A stretch of 63,681 nt of DNA, counting the filler, from Deltaproteobacteria bacterium (GTDB taxonomy: Bacteria; JAUYMQ01), in NCBI GenBank assembly GCA_030698575.1. It is 9 parts of 9 records of this genome, joined end to end, with 100 filler letters (N's around TTAATTAATTAA, not from the genome) between each part and the next. Parts side by side here need not be neighbours in the genome. Positions count along the whole stretch, not along the records: positions 25,452 to 33,753 come from JAUYMQ010000518.1; positions 33,854 to 37,772 come from JAUYMQ010000525.1; positions 37,873 to 40,740 come from JAUYMQ010000122.1; positions 40,841 to 44,120 come from JAUYMQ010000529.1; positions 44,221 to 48,641 come from JAUYMQ010000547.1; 4 more parts are not named here. One strand, 5' to 3'. Both the position numbers and the translations under genes were made by a program. Under the pieces are notes generated by a model. The model saw nothing but the letters and a program-made list of their open reading frames with translations, did not search any database and was not told where the DNA came from. This document shows positions 30,714-44,221 of this stretch, piece by piece (position 1 is the first letter of the stretch; the number at the start of each line of letters is the position of its first letter).

Positions 30714-33563
30714 ATGCAGTGGGCTGAGCGTGTCGCCGCAAGCCTCGGGCTCGATCTGGGCTCGGGCGTGGCGTCGCTGCAGCGCGTGGAGTCCGCCGAA
30801 CGGGTACGGGGGTTGTTGCTGAAGGTCATTGCGGACGGCGCCGACGTTTACGGCGACTTCGTGAGCCCCTTCGAGCGGCAGCACCTTGCGCCCCTCCATC
30901 TCCGCGCCGATGAACTCGAACTGGCGGTCCTTCGCGCTCCGGCCGGATTCCGCCCGCAGCTCAGGCTGTTCTTCGGCCTGGGAACCCTTACCTATTCCTT
31001 CGAGGCCGAGGTCACCCGCCAGAGCGAATCCGAGATTGCAGTCCGCTTGCCGCGCGTCCTCGATTTCGGCGAGCAACGCCATGCGCGCCGCTGGGATTTG
31101 CATCACGAATCGGACGCGGCCCCGCACATCCAGCTGAACGGACAGGGCTCCCCTCGCTACCCCCTTCAGGATCTCTCGCTCACGGGATTCTCGCTCCACG
31201 TGCCGGACGGAGACCTGCCCTTCGAATCGGGGCGCCGTATTTCGGGTCTCAAGGTGCGCGTGAAGGGCAATCCGGTTGATCTCCCGAGCGTCGAGATACG
31301 CCACATCACGACACTGGATGGCTCGAGGGGTTGGCGGGTGGGCGTCGAGGTCGGCCTTCTGCGCCGCCCCATTCGGGCACGGCATCTCGATTTCCCGCTC
31401 GACGAAGGGGCCCGGAAACGGCGCCATGCGCGCACGCCGGCGGGACGGCAAGGCGAGGGTGCAGTTGACGTCGTGCGCTTCTTCAACCGCCGGGGAGAGA
31501 GAATCGTGGGGATCCTCGATTCGACGTTCGGCGATGCGGCGAAGGATCCGGTGCCGGTCGTGATTCTTCCGCCGGCCACCGGCCGGCGCAAAGAAACGCT
31601 CAGCGCCCTTGCGCTTACGATCGTCTAAAATTTTCGGCGACGGGGGCGCGAGGTCGCGGTGCTCCGGTTCGACGGCATCCGGCGGCACGGAGAAAGCGCC
31701 AACGATCCGGAGGCCCGCAAGCCCGGGATGGAGATGGTTCACTCGACGATGGGGCAGGCCGTCGCCGACATTCATGCGACCCTCGACTATCTCTACGACA
31801 ACGAGCGCTTCGAGCCCTCCCGCGTGGCCGTCATCTCCATGAGTTCAGCGTCGATCGAGGCAAGGTGCGCCATCGTCGAGGACAACGGCGCGCGCATCCA
31901 CTACTGGATAAGCCTCGCGGGCGCGCCCGACTTCCACGACACACTGAAGAACATCTGCGGCGGGCTCGATCTGCTGGGATCCCACAGGAACGGCGTTCCC
32001 TTGGGGATCCTGCCCGTCCTGGGAAACCCCGTTGACCTCGATCATTTCTTCGCCGACGCCTTCGAGCGGCGGCTGGTGTATCTGCGCGACGCCCTCGAGG
32101 AGATGCCCAAGGTCGAGATCCCCGTCACCTGGATCTACGGACGGTACGACGACTGGGTGCATCCCGATCGCGTACAGAATCTCATGAGCGTCAGGAGCCC
32201 GGCGCCGCGGGAACTGTTCTCGATACCAACGGGCCACCAGATGCGCACCAGCGAGGAAGCCATGGAGGCCTTCAAGCTGGTGACCGGCTGCCTCTGGAAG
32301 TTCTTCAACGGCAGCACGATCCGCGCCTCCGCCCCTGATCTCGGCAAGCTCGCGGCGGTTCGGGAGGCCGAGAAGGTCCGCCTTGCGAAGTCTGGCGAGC
32401 CCGACCACAGGGGTTTCTGGCGGGAATATCTCGAGCGCAAGGATCGCTACCTCGGATTCGACATCATTCGCGAGACGGACGCCTACACGGATCTCATGGC
32501 GACGCAGATGGCGCATCTCGATCTCCGGGGAGGGGAGCGTATCCTTGACGCCGGATGCGGAACGGGAAACTTCGCCGAACTGCTCATCGAGAAAGCTTCT
32601 TCCGGCGAGGCGCCGATGCCTTCGGAGATCATGCTCGCGGACTACGTGCCGGAGGCGCTCGAAACGGCCCGTCGCAAGCTCGGCGAGATGGCCCGCCGCG
32701 CCCCGATCGCCTTCCCGGAGATCGGCTATCGGACCGCCGACTTCGAAATGTCACGGCTGGGGCCCGTGGCGGAAGCGCTCGCGGCGGACGCGTTCGACTG
32801 GCGGGCGCTGGAGGGGCAGGTGGAAGGTCTTCCGGCACGGCTCATCGCGCAACTCGGCGAAGGCCGCGATCCGGAGGCGCTCCGCATGGCGCGCGGGGAC
32901 GATCCCCGGTCAGAGCTCGGCGACTCGCTCGCCGCTGCCTACGGCCCCGAGGGCGCTGAGGTTCTGGAGGATCTCGGAAGAGCGGCGAGGTTTCTGCGAC
33001 GCGCGCTGGTCCGCGAGGATCTTGTCGACCCCGACCGCCATGATCCATCCGCGCCGTCCGCGTATGACGTCCTGACCGCGGCGGCCTTGCGCTGGAAACG
33101 TCTCTCCTTCGGAAACGCCGGACTCGCTATGCACCTGCCCTTCGAGGAACGCTCCTACAATCGCATCCTTTCGAGCCTGGTCGTCTGCTACCTCTACCGG
33201 CCCGAAGCCACCATCGGGGAATTTCACCGGCTTCTCGCACCGGGCGGTTCGCTCGTGCTGTCGAGCATGAAGCCGGATGCCGACGTCTCGCGCATCTACA
33301 TGCGGCTCATCGAACGGCTCCGGCGCTCCCCGGATCTCGAGATTCCCGAAGGCCTCACGCGGGACGATCTCCTGAACTCCGCTCGCACCTTCCTGAACAA
33401 GGCGGCCGGGATTCTGAACCTCGAGGAATCCGGCGCCTTCGAGTTCCTCCCGCGTGAGCGCCTCGTTAAGATTTTCCGTGACGCAGGATTCCGTGACGTT
33501 CACGTGACCGACTCCTTCGGAGACCCGCCACAGGCCTATGTGCTCTCGGGCCGCCGCGCCTGA
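30714..33563 (+). pseudogene. PilZ + alpha/beta hydrolase (LuxD-like) + class I SAM methyltransferase fusion interrupted by one in-frame TAA (31626-31628)
   Basis: ORFs 30672-31628 and 31659-33563 share a frame; junction reads LALTIV*NFRRRGREVAVLRFDG; motifs RHARR, DLSLTG, ISMSSAS, ILDAGCGTG, LPF. Confidence 0.65.
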
Positions 33564-33753
33564 CCCCGCGGCCGCCCTGAGCCCCGCACGAACAGACCAT
33601 CCATCTCCCGAAACCGCCCGATCCGCCCGAAGCGATCTCATTACAGTGCTGGTTCAGCGCAATCCTTAAAGCCAGGCGCTCCGACACCCGATGAGAATCC
33701 GGGCCCCGCCCTATCCGGGCGTGCGCCCGAAAGGGCGCCATGCGTCCGGCACG

Positions 33754-33853
33754 NNNNNNNNNNNNNNNNNNNNNNNNNNNNNNNNNNNNNNNNNNNNTTA
33801 ATTAATTAANNNNNNNNNNNNNNNNNNNNNNNNNNNNNNNNNNNNNNNNNNNN
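33754..33853. other. Artificial contig linker
   Basis: N44-TTAATTAATTAA-N44. Confidence 0.98.
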
Positions 33854-34213
33854 GGTGCCGCTCGAGACCAGCCGTACCCTCTCGAGGGACGGCATGGCTG
33901 AGGTGATCCTCCGTGCCAGCTCCACCTCGCCGGCTGTCGGCGCCCCGAAGCTCGTTCCGCGAGACGCGGCATGCTGCACCGCCCGCACCACCCGGGGGTG
34001 GGCGTGGCCGAGAATCAGCGGTCCCCAGGAGCCCACGTAGTCAATGAACGTATAACCGTCGACATCGGTTATATGGGCGCCCTTGGCCTTCGCGATGAAA
34101 CGCGGCTCGCCACCGACGCCGCGAAAGGCGCGGACGGGCGAGTTGACGCCTCCCGGGATCAGGGCTTTGGCCGCCTCGAAGAGGGCCTGCGAGTGCGTGC
34201 GCGCGGGGGACAT
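33854..34213 (-). CDS. hemL: Glutamate-1-semialdehyde 2,1-aminomutase, N-terminal part
   Basis: [38 protein letters not shown]. Confidence 0.95.
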
Positions 34214-34293
34214 GGCCCCCCTCTCATGGATGAGCTGGGAAAACCTCGTGCTAGGGATGCTAGCAGGTACGCAAACGTCCTAACCGGGCGGGA

Positions 34294-34322
34294 AAGCTAA
34301 CATTCACCCCGAATGCTGTCAA
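34294..34322 (-). promoter_or_regulatory. Putative sigma70 promoter of hemL
   Basis: Minus strand TTGACA-17 nt-TAGCTT. Confidence 0.5.
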
Positions 34323-34360
34323 CGCACCGGCCCCGGCCCGCGAGAGCCCGCCGGCCCTCC

Positions 34361-36823
<2,463 letters not shown>

Positions 36824-36894
36824 GATTGCTTAGTCCCATGATATTGAGCGCCGGCTCGGCGCCCGGTGGCAAGCTTCCGGGGATGGCCTGGCTC

Positions 36895-37772
36895 TCAGAT
36901 GTCGAGGTTGCGGGCGTCCAGCGCGTGTTGCTGGATGTACTCGCGGCGGGGCTCCACCTCGTCGCCCATGAGCACCGTGAAAGCGCTCTCGGCTTCCAGG
37001 AGGTCGTCCATCCGGACCTGGAGCTGGGTGCGCTGCGTCGGGTCCATGGTGGTTTTCCAGAGCTGATCGGGGTTCATCTCGCCCAGCCCCTTGTAGCGCT
37101 GGATGTACTGCCCCTTCCGCCCGTGCGCGAGCACCTTGACCATCAGCTCCCGAAGGTTGCCGGCGATCTCTTCCTGCTCGTCGCCGTTCCGCAAAGCGTA
37201 AGGCGGAAGGCCGAGGACGTTCAGCGTCCCGCCCAGACGGATCGCCTCGTCGAACTCGGGAGTGGAGAAGAAGTCGGCGTGGAGAAGGGTCTCGACCGTA
37301 GCGCCCTCGCGCTTGGTCTCGAGCCGTGCCTGGAAGCCCCCGTGCTCCGCGTCAGGCTCGACGGCAAACGTGACCGGGGCGCAGTCTGGGTGCACCTTCT
37401 CGAGATAGGGCTTGAGAGACTTCTGCAGAAAATCCACGAGGCCTTTCTTGCTCCGCAAAAGATCCTTCTTGAATCCGGGAATGATGGCGAGCCCCTCGAT
37501 CACCCGCGCATCGCGCCGCCTCGCGAGCACCCCGAGCAACTTCTGCAGTTCGATCGTGCGCTTCAGTACGCTCTTGAACCGCTCTCCGGCGAGCGTCGAC
37601 TTTCCGTTGCCCGACCGGGTGAGCTTGAGATCCTTCAGCGCCAGCTCGAGCAGGTAGTCTTCGAGTGCCGCCTCGTCCTTGATGTAGCGCTCGATTTTGC
37701 CTTTCTTCACCCGGAACAGCGGCGGCTGGGCGATGTAGAGGTAGCCACGTTCGATGATCGGCTGCATCTGAC
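36895..37772 (-). CDS. gyrB: DNA gyrase subunit B, C-terminal part
   Basis: YIAQPPLF, QRYKGLGEMNPDQLW, LMGDEVEPRR; adjacent to gyrA. Confidence 0.95.
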
Positions 37773-37872
37773 NNNNNNNNNNNNNNNNNNNNNNNNNNNN
37801 NNNNNNNNNNNNNNNNTTAATTAATTAANNNNNNNNNNNNNNNNNNNNNNNNNNNNNNNNNNNNNNNNNNNN
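37773..37872. other. Artificial contig linker
   Basis: N44-TTAATTAATTAA-N44. Confidence 0.98.
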
Positions 37873-38270
37873 CGCTGAAACCGAGTGGCAAAAGGTCGCT
37901 GCATTCCTTGAGAAGGTCTTCTCGGCGGGGCCAATTGTCTAGGAAATACCGAAGCTCACTCGCCCCTCATGGGCCACGTGAAACCTAGGGCCGCGCCTCC
38001 GGTGGGCCGCTCATTTGTCCCCTGGGAGGCCCCGCAACGGGGCAGGTCGCTGATAGGGGCGGGGCGGCGGTAGCTCGACCGTTAGATCGAAGGACCGGAT
38101 GGTGGTTTTCGGGGTCCCACCGGAAAACTACATGCGGCCTCCATCCGGCAGTTCGCAGTCGATATGGCGCGGGCCCGTATCCCGGCCCAGAGTTGTGATC
38201 GGGTCCTCTGGCTTGGAAAACTGAACAGTCGCGCTTTGCTGTCGGCACGTTGTTTTTAAAGATGAAGCTT

Positions 38271-38318
38271 AAGCTTCCCAAGCTTTTCGTGCGGGTTCGA
38301 TTCCCGCCGCCCGCTCCA
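38271..38318 (+). mobile_element. 3' half of tRNA-Gly(CCC); probable att site of an element integrated in tRNA-Gly
   Basis: AAGC-TTCCCAA-GCTT anticodon arm, GCGGG-TTCGATT-CCCGC T arm, CGCCCGCTCCA end; no GCGGGCG acceptor strand or D arm upstream. Confidence 0.75.
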
Positions 38319-38345
38319 GCCGCTGCGCCAGGTGTGACAGGCCGT

Positions 38346-40400
38346 TCAGATGGCCGTGCGATTTACATCGACCTTCGAGGCAAGCTGGTTGATCTTCTGG
38401 ATCAACACCATGGCGCTGATCGGCTTGGTCAGGAACCCGTCGGCTCCGGCTTCGAGGGCCTCAGCCTGAAAAAGGGGAAGCGCGTTGGCGGTCAGCATGC
38501 AGATCGGCACAGGCGGCAGGCCGGCTTCGCCCTCCCTCCCCCGTATGCGCCTGACCGCCTCGAGGCCGTCCATGACAGGCATCTGCATGTCCATCAGGAC
38601 GAGGTCGAACGAGCCGGCCGCCGCCTCGACGACCGCGAGTTCTCCGTTCTCCACCGAGCATACTTCGATGCCCATGGGCTCGAGGATCAGCTCCACCACG
38701 CGCCGGTTCACCGGATGATCTTCGGCCAGCAGGACGCGAAGCGGCTGCCCGGTCCACTCGGGAGATTCGGCGGGTTCGACCGGCTCGAGCACAGCCGTCG
38801 CCAGCGTGACCTCGAAGGAGAAGGTAGAGCCCTGGCCGGCAACCGACCTTGCCTCGATCGTCCCGCCCATGAGCTCGACCAGGCTCCTGCAGATCGACAG
38901 GCCCAGTCCGGTGCCGCCAAAGCGGCGCGTGATCGATCCGTCCGATTGCTCGAAGGGTTGGAAGAGCCGTGATCCGACCTCCTCGACAAAACCGATCCCC
39001 GTGTCATGCACTGAAAACCGCACCCGGCACGGGCCGCCGCTGCAATCGGTCTCCACGGCCAGGGTCACGCCGCCGGTCTCGGTGAATTTCACCGCGTTGC
39101 TGAGCAGATTGTTGAGAATCTGCCGTAGCCGCATGCAGTCGCCGGAGAGAGTGAGCGCGGCGGAGTCCGGCAGGTCCAGGTCGAACGACAACCCCTTGCT
39201 TTCCGCGCTCGCGGCGAAGAGCGCCGCGACGCTCCTGACCATGACGCTGAGATCGAAGGGTTCGTTCCGGATATCCAGGCGCCCCGCCTCGATACGCGCA
39301 AGGTCGAGAATGTCCGTCAGCAGGGCCTCAAGGGCCCGCGCCGAGGTCGCGATAAGGTCCACCATCTCCTTCTGTCGAGAATCGGAGGCGGTGTTCGCCA
39401 AGGCTTCGGCCACCCCGAGAATGCCGTTGAGCGGCGTCCGGAGTTCGTGACTCATATTGGCGAGAAAGACCGACTTCGCCTGGTTGGCCTGCTCGGCGCG
39501 ATCCCGCGCCTCCACCAGGCAGGCCTCGGTTTCAAATCGTCCGGTCAGGTCGCGCACGATGGTCGTGAAGAGGATCTCCCCGCCCGCCACGATTCGGGCG
39601 AGGGAGGCCTCGATCGGGATTTCGACGCCGTCTTTCCGCAGGCCCAGAATGCTCCTGCGCTGGGCCATCTGCAGGCTGTCGTGCGGTCCGGCGGCGAACC
39701 GGGCGACGTGCTTGCCGTGATCGCCCCGGAATCGCTCGGGCATCAGGCGTTCGATCGGTCCGCCGACAATCTCGTGGGCGGCGTAGCCGAACACGACCTC
39801 GGCTCCCGCGCTGAAGATGACGACCCGTCCCGCTTCGTTCGCCACGATGATGGCCTCGGGCGAGATGCGGAACATGCCCGAAAGCATGTCCCGATTACGC
39901 GTGGCGGAACGCTCGACGGCCCGCGAGCGGGTGACGTCCTGAACAATGCCCCGCATGCGCAGCGGAACGCCCGCCCGATCGCGCTCGACCTCGCCATACT
40001 CGTGGACGAAGCGAATTTCGCCGTCCGGCCGCACAATCCGATGGTCGAGCGCATAGTCCGCACCCTCCTCGACGGCCAGCCTGACAGCCTCCTCGACCAG
40101 CGCACGGTCGTCAGGGTGAACGCGTTCGAGGAAGGCGGAATAGCTGGCGCCGAAAGCATCAATCGGCAGCGCGAACAGGCTGAAGATCTCGTCGGACCAG
40201 AGCAGTTCGCCCGTGCGGATGTTCCATTCCCAGCTCCCCATCTGAGCCAAGGCCTGGGCCTTTTTCAGGTGCCAGAGAACCTCTTCCGGTCCAGCCGCAA
40301 GGGCGGAGCCGCCACCTGTAGAGACGGGCGGGATCGCACGAGGGAACGGCGCCTCAGTATCGGATCCATCCACTTTGATATCCGCGACGACTGATCTCAT
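38346..40400 (-). CDS. Hybrid sensor histidine kinase/response regulator with two PAS domains
   Basis: PAS_3 (GSWEWN..VHPDD), PAS, FLANMSHELRTPLNG, NAVKFT, GGTGLGL, receiver LMDMQMP...KP. Confidence 0.92.
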   Translation of the reverse strand: MRSVVADIKVDGSDTEAPFPRAIPPVSTGGGSALAAGPEEVLWHLKKAQALAQMGSWEWNIRTGELLWSDEIFSLFALPIDAFGASYSAFLERVHPDDRALVEEAVRLAVEEGADYALDHRIVRPDGEIRFVHEYGEVERDRAGVPLRMRGIVQDVTRSRAVERSATRNRDMLSGMFRISPEAIIVANEAGRVVIFSAGAEVVFGYAAHEIVGGPIERLMPERFRGDHGKHVARFAAGPHDSLQMAQRRSILGLRKDGVEIPIEASLARIVAGGEILFTTIVRDLTGRFETEACLVEARDRAEQANQAKSVFLANMSHELRTPLNGILGVAEALANTASDSRQKEMVDLIATSARALEALLTDILDLARIEAGRLDIRNEPFDLSVMVRSVAALFAASAESKGLSFDLDLPDSAALTLSGDCMRLRQILNNLLSNAVKFTETGGVTLAVETDCSGGPCRVRFSVHDTGIGFVEEVGSRLFQPFEQSDGSITRRFGGTGLGLSICRSLVELMGGTIEARSVAGQGSTFSFEVTLATAVLEPVEPAESPEWTGQPLRVLLAEDHPVNRRVVELILEPMGIEVCSVENGELAVVEAAAGSFDLVLMDMQMPVMDGLEAVRRIRGREGEAGLPPVPICMLTANALPLFQAEALEAGADGFLTKPISAMVLIQKINQLASKVDVNRTAI

Positions 40401-40740
40401 CCCTCACGCGTGAAGCGATTTGCGGGTGCTGCAAACGGGCGGTCAGCGCCGGAATCAAACCCCAACCCGTGCGCGCGCCATGTCCTACAACCCTTGGGCG
40501 CTAGGGACTCCTCATAAGGAGCGCCATTTTGCACCTTGGGTCCAATCTGACGCTGGTGCGGCATATTGTCGCACTTATGCGCCCGGAGGCTCCAGCTGAC
40601 AGGCCGCAGCATCCCCACTGGCGCAGGCCTTATCGAGGCAGACGTCCGCCAGCGCACATGGATATCGCGAATCCAGTTCCCTCCTCGGGGAAGCCTCCGC
40701 AAGGTCCCGCATCACACTGAGCAGCCCCAGCGCCGACGCC

Positions 40741-40840
40741 NNNNNNNNNNNNNNNNNNNNNNNNNNNNNNNNNNNNNNNNNNNNTTAATTAATTAANNNN
40801 NNNNNNNNNNNNNNNNNNNNNNNNNNNNNNNNNNNNNNNN
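40741..40840. other. Artificial contig linker
   Basis: N44-TTAATTAATTAA-N44. Confidence 0.98.
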
Positions 40841-41510
40841 CTTCGACTCGATTGCGTGCGGTTCCTGCAAGGCGCTGGTACACGCTGGCAATAACGAGTG
40901 TATGCGGACATGGGTGGAAACAGGTAAAGGCAACTACTGTATCGAGTGCTTCGTCGCGCTCACCGATGGCGTCGTCGAAGAAGAGGGAGTTGCGAATCAC
41001 GGCAGCCGTGGAAGGAGCTTCAACGCGCGCGCCCGCCTGGCACACCTCGGCGTTGACCGAGTCGAGAGTCACCTCCACGACGTTGTTCAGGACGAACCCT
41101 CGCCCGCTGACACGATTGTCGCAAAAGATCCTGAGCGCCCTCACGATGACCCGCCGGCTGTCCACGACGCGGAAGATTCCCAGCTGAGGGTTGCCGCCCC
41201 CGGTCATCAGCACCACCCGCTGACCCGCCAGGACCGTGAGGCGATCCTTCCCGGTAACGATCACGTCCTCCGTGTAGGGCGTCCCCTTGTCCTGGATGTA
41301 GACCGTGTCGCCCGGAGCTGCCGCGTCTATTGCGGCCTGTATGGTCGGGAAGGCGCCGGGCGTCAGGGGATCCACGATCAGAGTGTTCCCGGCGTTCTTC
41401 TTGGCCATCGCTTCACCCTGGGGGAGGATCAGCAGCACCGCCAGGACAAGAAGGGCGGCCAGGATCGATCGGCGCTCTCGCCGGGCCCCCGTTGGATATC
41501 TGGCATGCAA
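40841..41510 (-). CDS. Secreted right-handed beta-helix (pectin lyase-like) protein, 3' truncated
   Basis: Signal peptide; FPTIQAAIDAAAPGDTVYI...YTEDV. Confidence 0.7.
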
Positions 41511-41729
41511 GGTGGGAAGCTCCCTCGTTTCGTGGGTTCGCCTGCCGGCGCCGGACGTCGGCCACCGGGTTTAGGCCATGGAAGCTATCCGCCCCGCAAG
41601 AAGCCAACGACACAGGAAAGTTAAGTTTCGATGACGATGGGTGGCGCGGCTGTCACCGGATCTTCACACGGACGACGGCAGCGCTCCACTTTGTGTCTCT
41701 AGTCTCGTTGCCAAAGCTTGGAACGAAGC

Positions 41730-44120
41730 ATGCGGGAGGTGCTTCTCGTCGCTACTAGCGAAACGCCATTACCCAGAGGCAATAAATTGAATCCAAGGGG
41801 GCAGCGCCGCGGTTTTCTAAGGATCCCGACATTCGGTTTTATCTTGGCGGCTATTGTTGTCCTCATTCCGGAACGAGTACCGGCCAATCCGAAAGGGGAG
41901 CAGGTCATCGCCGGCTCGGTGAAATTTGATCGTTCCGGGGGCGCCCTCAACATCATCACCAGCGAGCGGGTCATCATCAACTGGGATCAGTTCAACATCG
42001 CGCCCCAGGAAACCACCCGCTTCATCCAGCCTGGCTCGAACTCCTTCGCTCTCAACCGGATCCTCGACAACAATCCTTCGACCATCTTCGGTTCGCTTCA
42101 GGCGAACGGGAACGTCGTCCTGCTCAACGGAGCCGGAATCATCTTCGGGCCGAACTCGAAGGTGAACGTTCACGGATTGATCGCCACATCACTTTCGATA
42201 GAGGATCAGGATTTCCTTAACGGGAAGTTCAAGTTCATCGGTCACGACCAGAACGGCGCGGTCAAGAACTTCGGGAACATCGAGACCGTGACCGGCGGCT
42301 TCGCCTACCTGCTCGCGCCGAACGTCGAGAACAGCGGAATCATCCGTTCGCCCGAGGGACACATCGCCCTGGCGGCCGGGACGAAGGCCTATCTCTCAAA
42401 CCGCCCGGATGGAACCGGGCTTCTCATCGAGGTCCAAGCCCCGGCAGGCCAGGCGATCAATCTGAAGGATCTCGTCTCGGACGGTGGGCGGGTCGATCTC
42501 TACGGCCGCGCCGTCAACCAGTCCGGGCTGGTGCAGGCGAACACGGTGGAGGATCGGGAAGGCGAGATCAGGCTCGTGGCGAGCAACCGGGTCTATTTCG
42601 AGGAGGGGAGCGATACGAGTGCGCGGGGCGCGGATGCCGGCCTTTCCAGGGGCGGTTCCGTGACCGCCATCTCGGGCGGGGGCACCGGCGGCGGAGAGCC
42701 GTCCGCCGATCTGGTCTTCAAGAAAGACGCGGTCATCGACGTATCGGGCGGCGCCGGTGGGGGTGACGGGGGCACGGTGGAGCTTTCGGCCTCGGGGGGC
42801 ATGGCCCTTGAGGGCGCGGTGCGTGGTGAGGCGGCCGAAGGATATGCAGGCGGCGAGCTCCTGATCGATCCCGCGAACGTCACGATTGGCAATTCGGCGC
42901 CCAACGGCTCGCCGGTAGTCGATCCGCCTGGTACTGGAACGGTCAACTTCGACAGCCCGGCGCTCCCGAGCAACCTCACTCTGAATGCCAATTCCTCTTT
43001 TACCGGCCTCAGCATCATTCGCGTGGAGGCGACCAACAACATCAGCATCGTAACCGCGTGGAACCTCCAGCCGCAGGTCGAGGAGCTGACGCTCCGCGCC
43101 GGCAACGACATCATCTTCGGAACGGGCGCGCAGATCAGCGATCTTACTAGCGGCCCGGGCTTCAACCTCAATCTGGTGGCCGGCGCCGATTTCGCATCGG
43201 GCGGCCTCTTCGACGTCCAGCCGGGCGTGGGCAACTTGACGAATGCGCTCGTCGAGATCGGCGACGGGCGGATCAAGGCCGTCACGGGGAATAGCATCAA
43301 CCTGCAGGACGGTGCGATCCGGACGACGAAGGGCGGCTCGATCGACTTGACGGCCGTCCAGGGAAACATCAATGCGGGCCGGAACGCCGCGTTCCTGGAA
43401 CGGGCGGGGTCGATCGCGCTGCGTCTTCCTACCGGGGGCGTCGGCGGCATCGGGACCCAGGCGGGGGGCGATATCGTGCTCAACGCCCCGAACGGCGAGA
43501 TCTCGAGCAGCTTCACCCACATCGGCGCCTACTCCTTCCCCGCCGGGACGATGGGCAACCTGACGATGAATGCCCGCGACTTCTCCGGGCACTTCCTGGT
43601 CAACCGGGGGCACGCCGACGTGCACCTCACGGGGAGTTTCGGCGTGGGCGTGCGGACGACGACCATCGATCTGGCGAACGGGAGCACCGCCTACGTGGAG
43701 GCGGCCAACGTCCGGCTCGGCCAGATCCGCAACCCCCAGGGGGCGCTGGGACTCTCCCATTTCTTCAACTACGGCAACGCGGGCGTGGAACTGGTCGCCA
43801 CGTCGGGCGACGTCGTGCTCGTGGGCGACGCGGGCGCGGGAAACACGGACGGCATCAACGTGAACCGGATCCTGGCCCCGAACCTCACGGCGAGGGCGCT
43901 CCAGGGGGACATCCTCATCGGGAACGACTTCGTCCTCTTTCCGTCCTCGACGGGCAACCTGATCATGGAGGCCTTCGGCGACATCACGAACAATTTCGCC
44001 GTCAAGGATCCGGTCCGCACCGACTCGCTGCCCCCCGATCCCTTCGCCTCGGCTTTCAACAGCGCGCCGACCATGGCCGAGGCCACGGGCAACAGCGGTA
44101 TCAACTCGGTCTTTCCCGTG
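41730..44120 (+). CDS. Filamentous hemagglutinin/TpsA-like exoprotein, 3' truncated (start uncertain, possibly TTG 41787)
   Basis: TPS domain IINWDQFNI...FIQP...LNRI...IFGSLQANGNVVLLNGAGIIFG; GGTVELS, LLIDP repeats. Confidence 0.88.
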
Positions 44121-44220
44121 NNNNNNNNNNNNNNNNNNNNNNNNNNNNNNNNNNNNNNNNNNNNTTAATTAATTAANNNNNNNNNNNNNNNNNNNNNNNN
44201 NNNNNNNNNNNNNNNNNNNN
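44121..44220. other. Artificial contig linker
   Basis: N44-TTAATTAATTAA-N44. Confidence 0.98.
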
Positions 44221-44221
44221 C

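Noticed and set aside
31626-31628. Genome-wide TAA recoding, or Sec/Pyl insertion
   Set aside because: TAA terminates other genes here (e.g. 1147, 13744); Sec and Pyl use TGA and TAG
33564-33753. Possible ncRNA after the PilZ fusion gene
   Set aside because: Only short GC hairpins; no SRP, tmRNA, RNase P, 6S or riboswitch motif recognised
37874-37942. Partial ORF end AETEWQKVAAFLEKVFSAGPIV*
   Set aside because: Too short to assign; perhaps a hydrolase C-terminus
38245-38318. Intact tRNA-Gly gene
   Set aside because: 5' acceptor strand and D arm are missing; reported as an att-like fragment instead
40575-40739. Partial Cys-rich ORF end on the minus strand
   Set aside because: Truncated at the contig edge with no recognisable family
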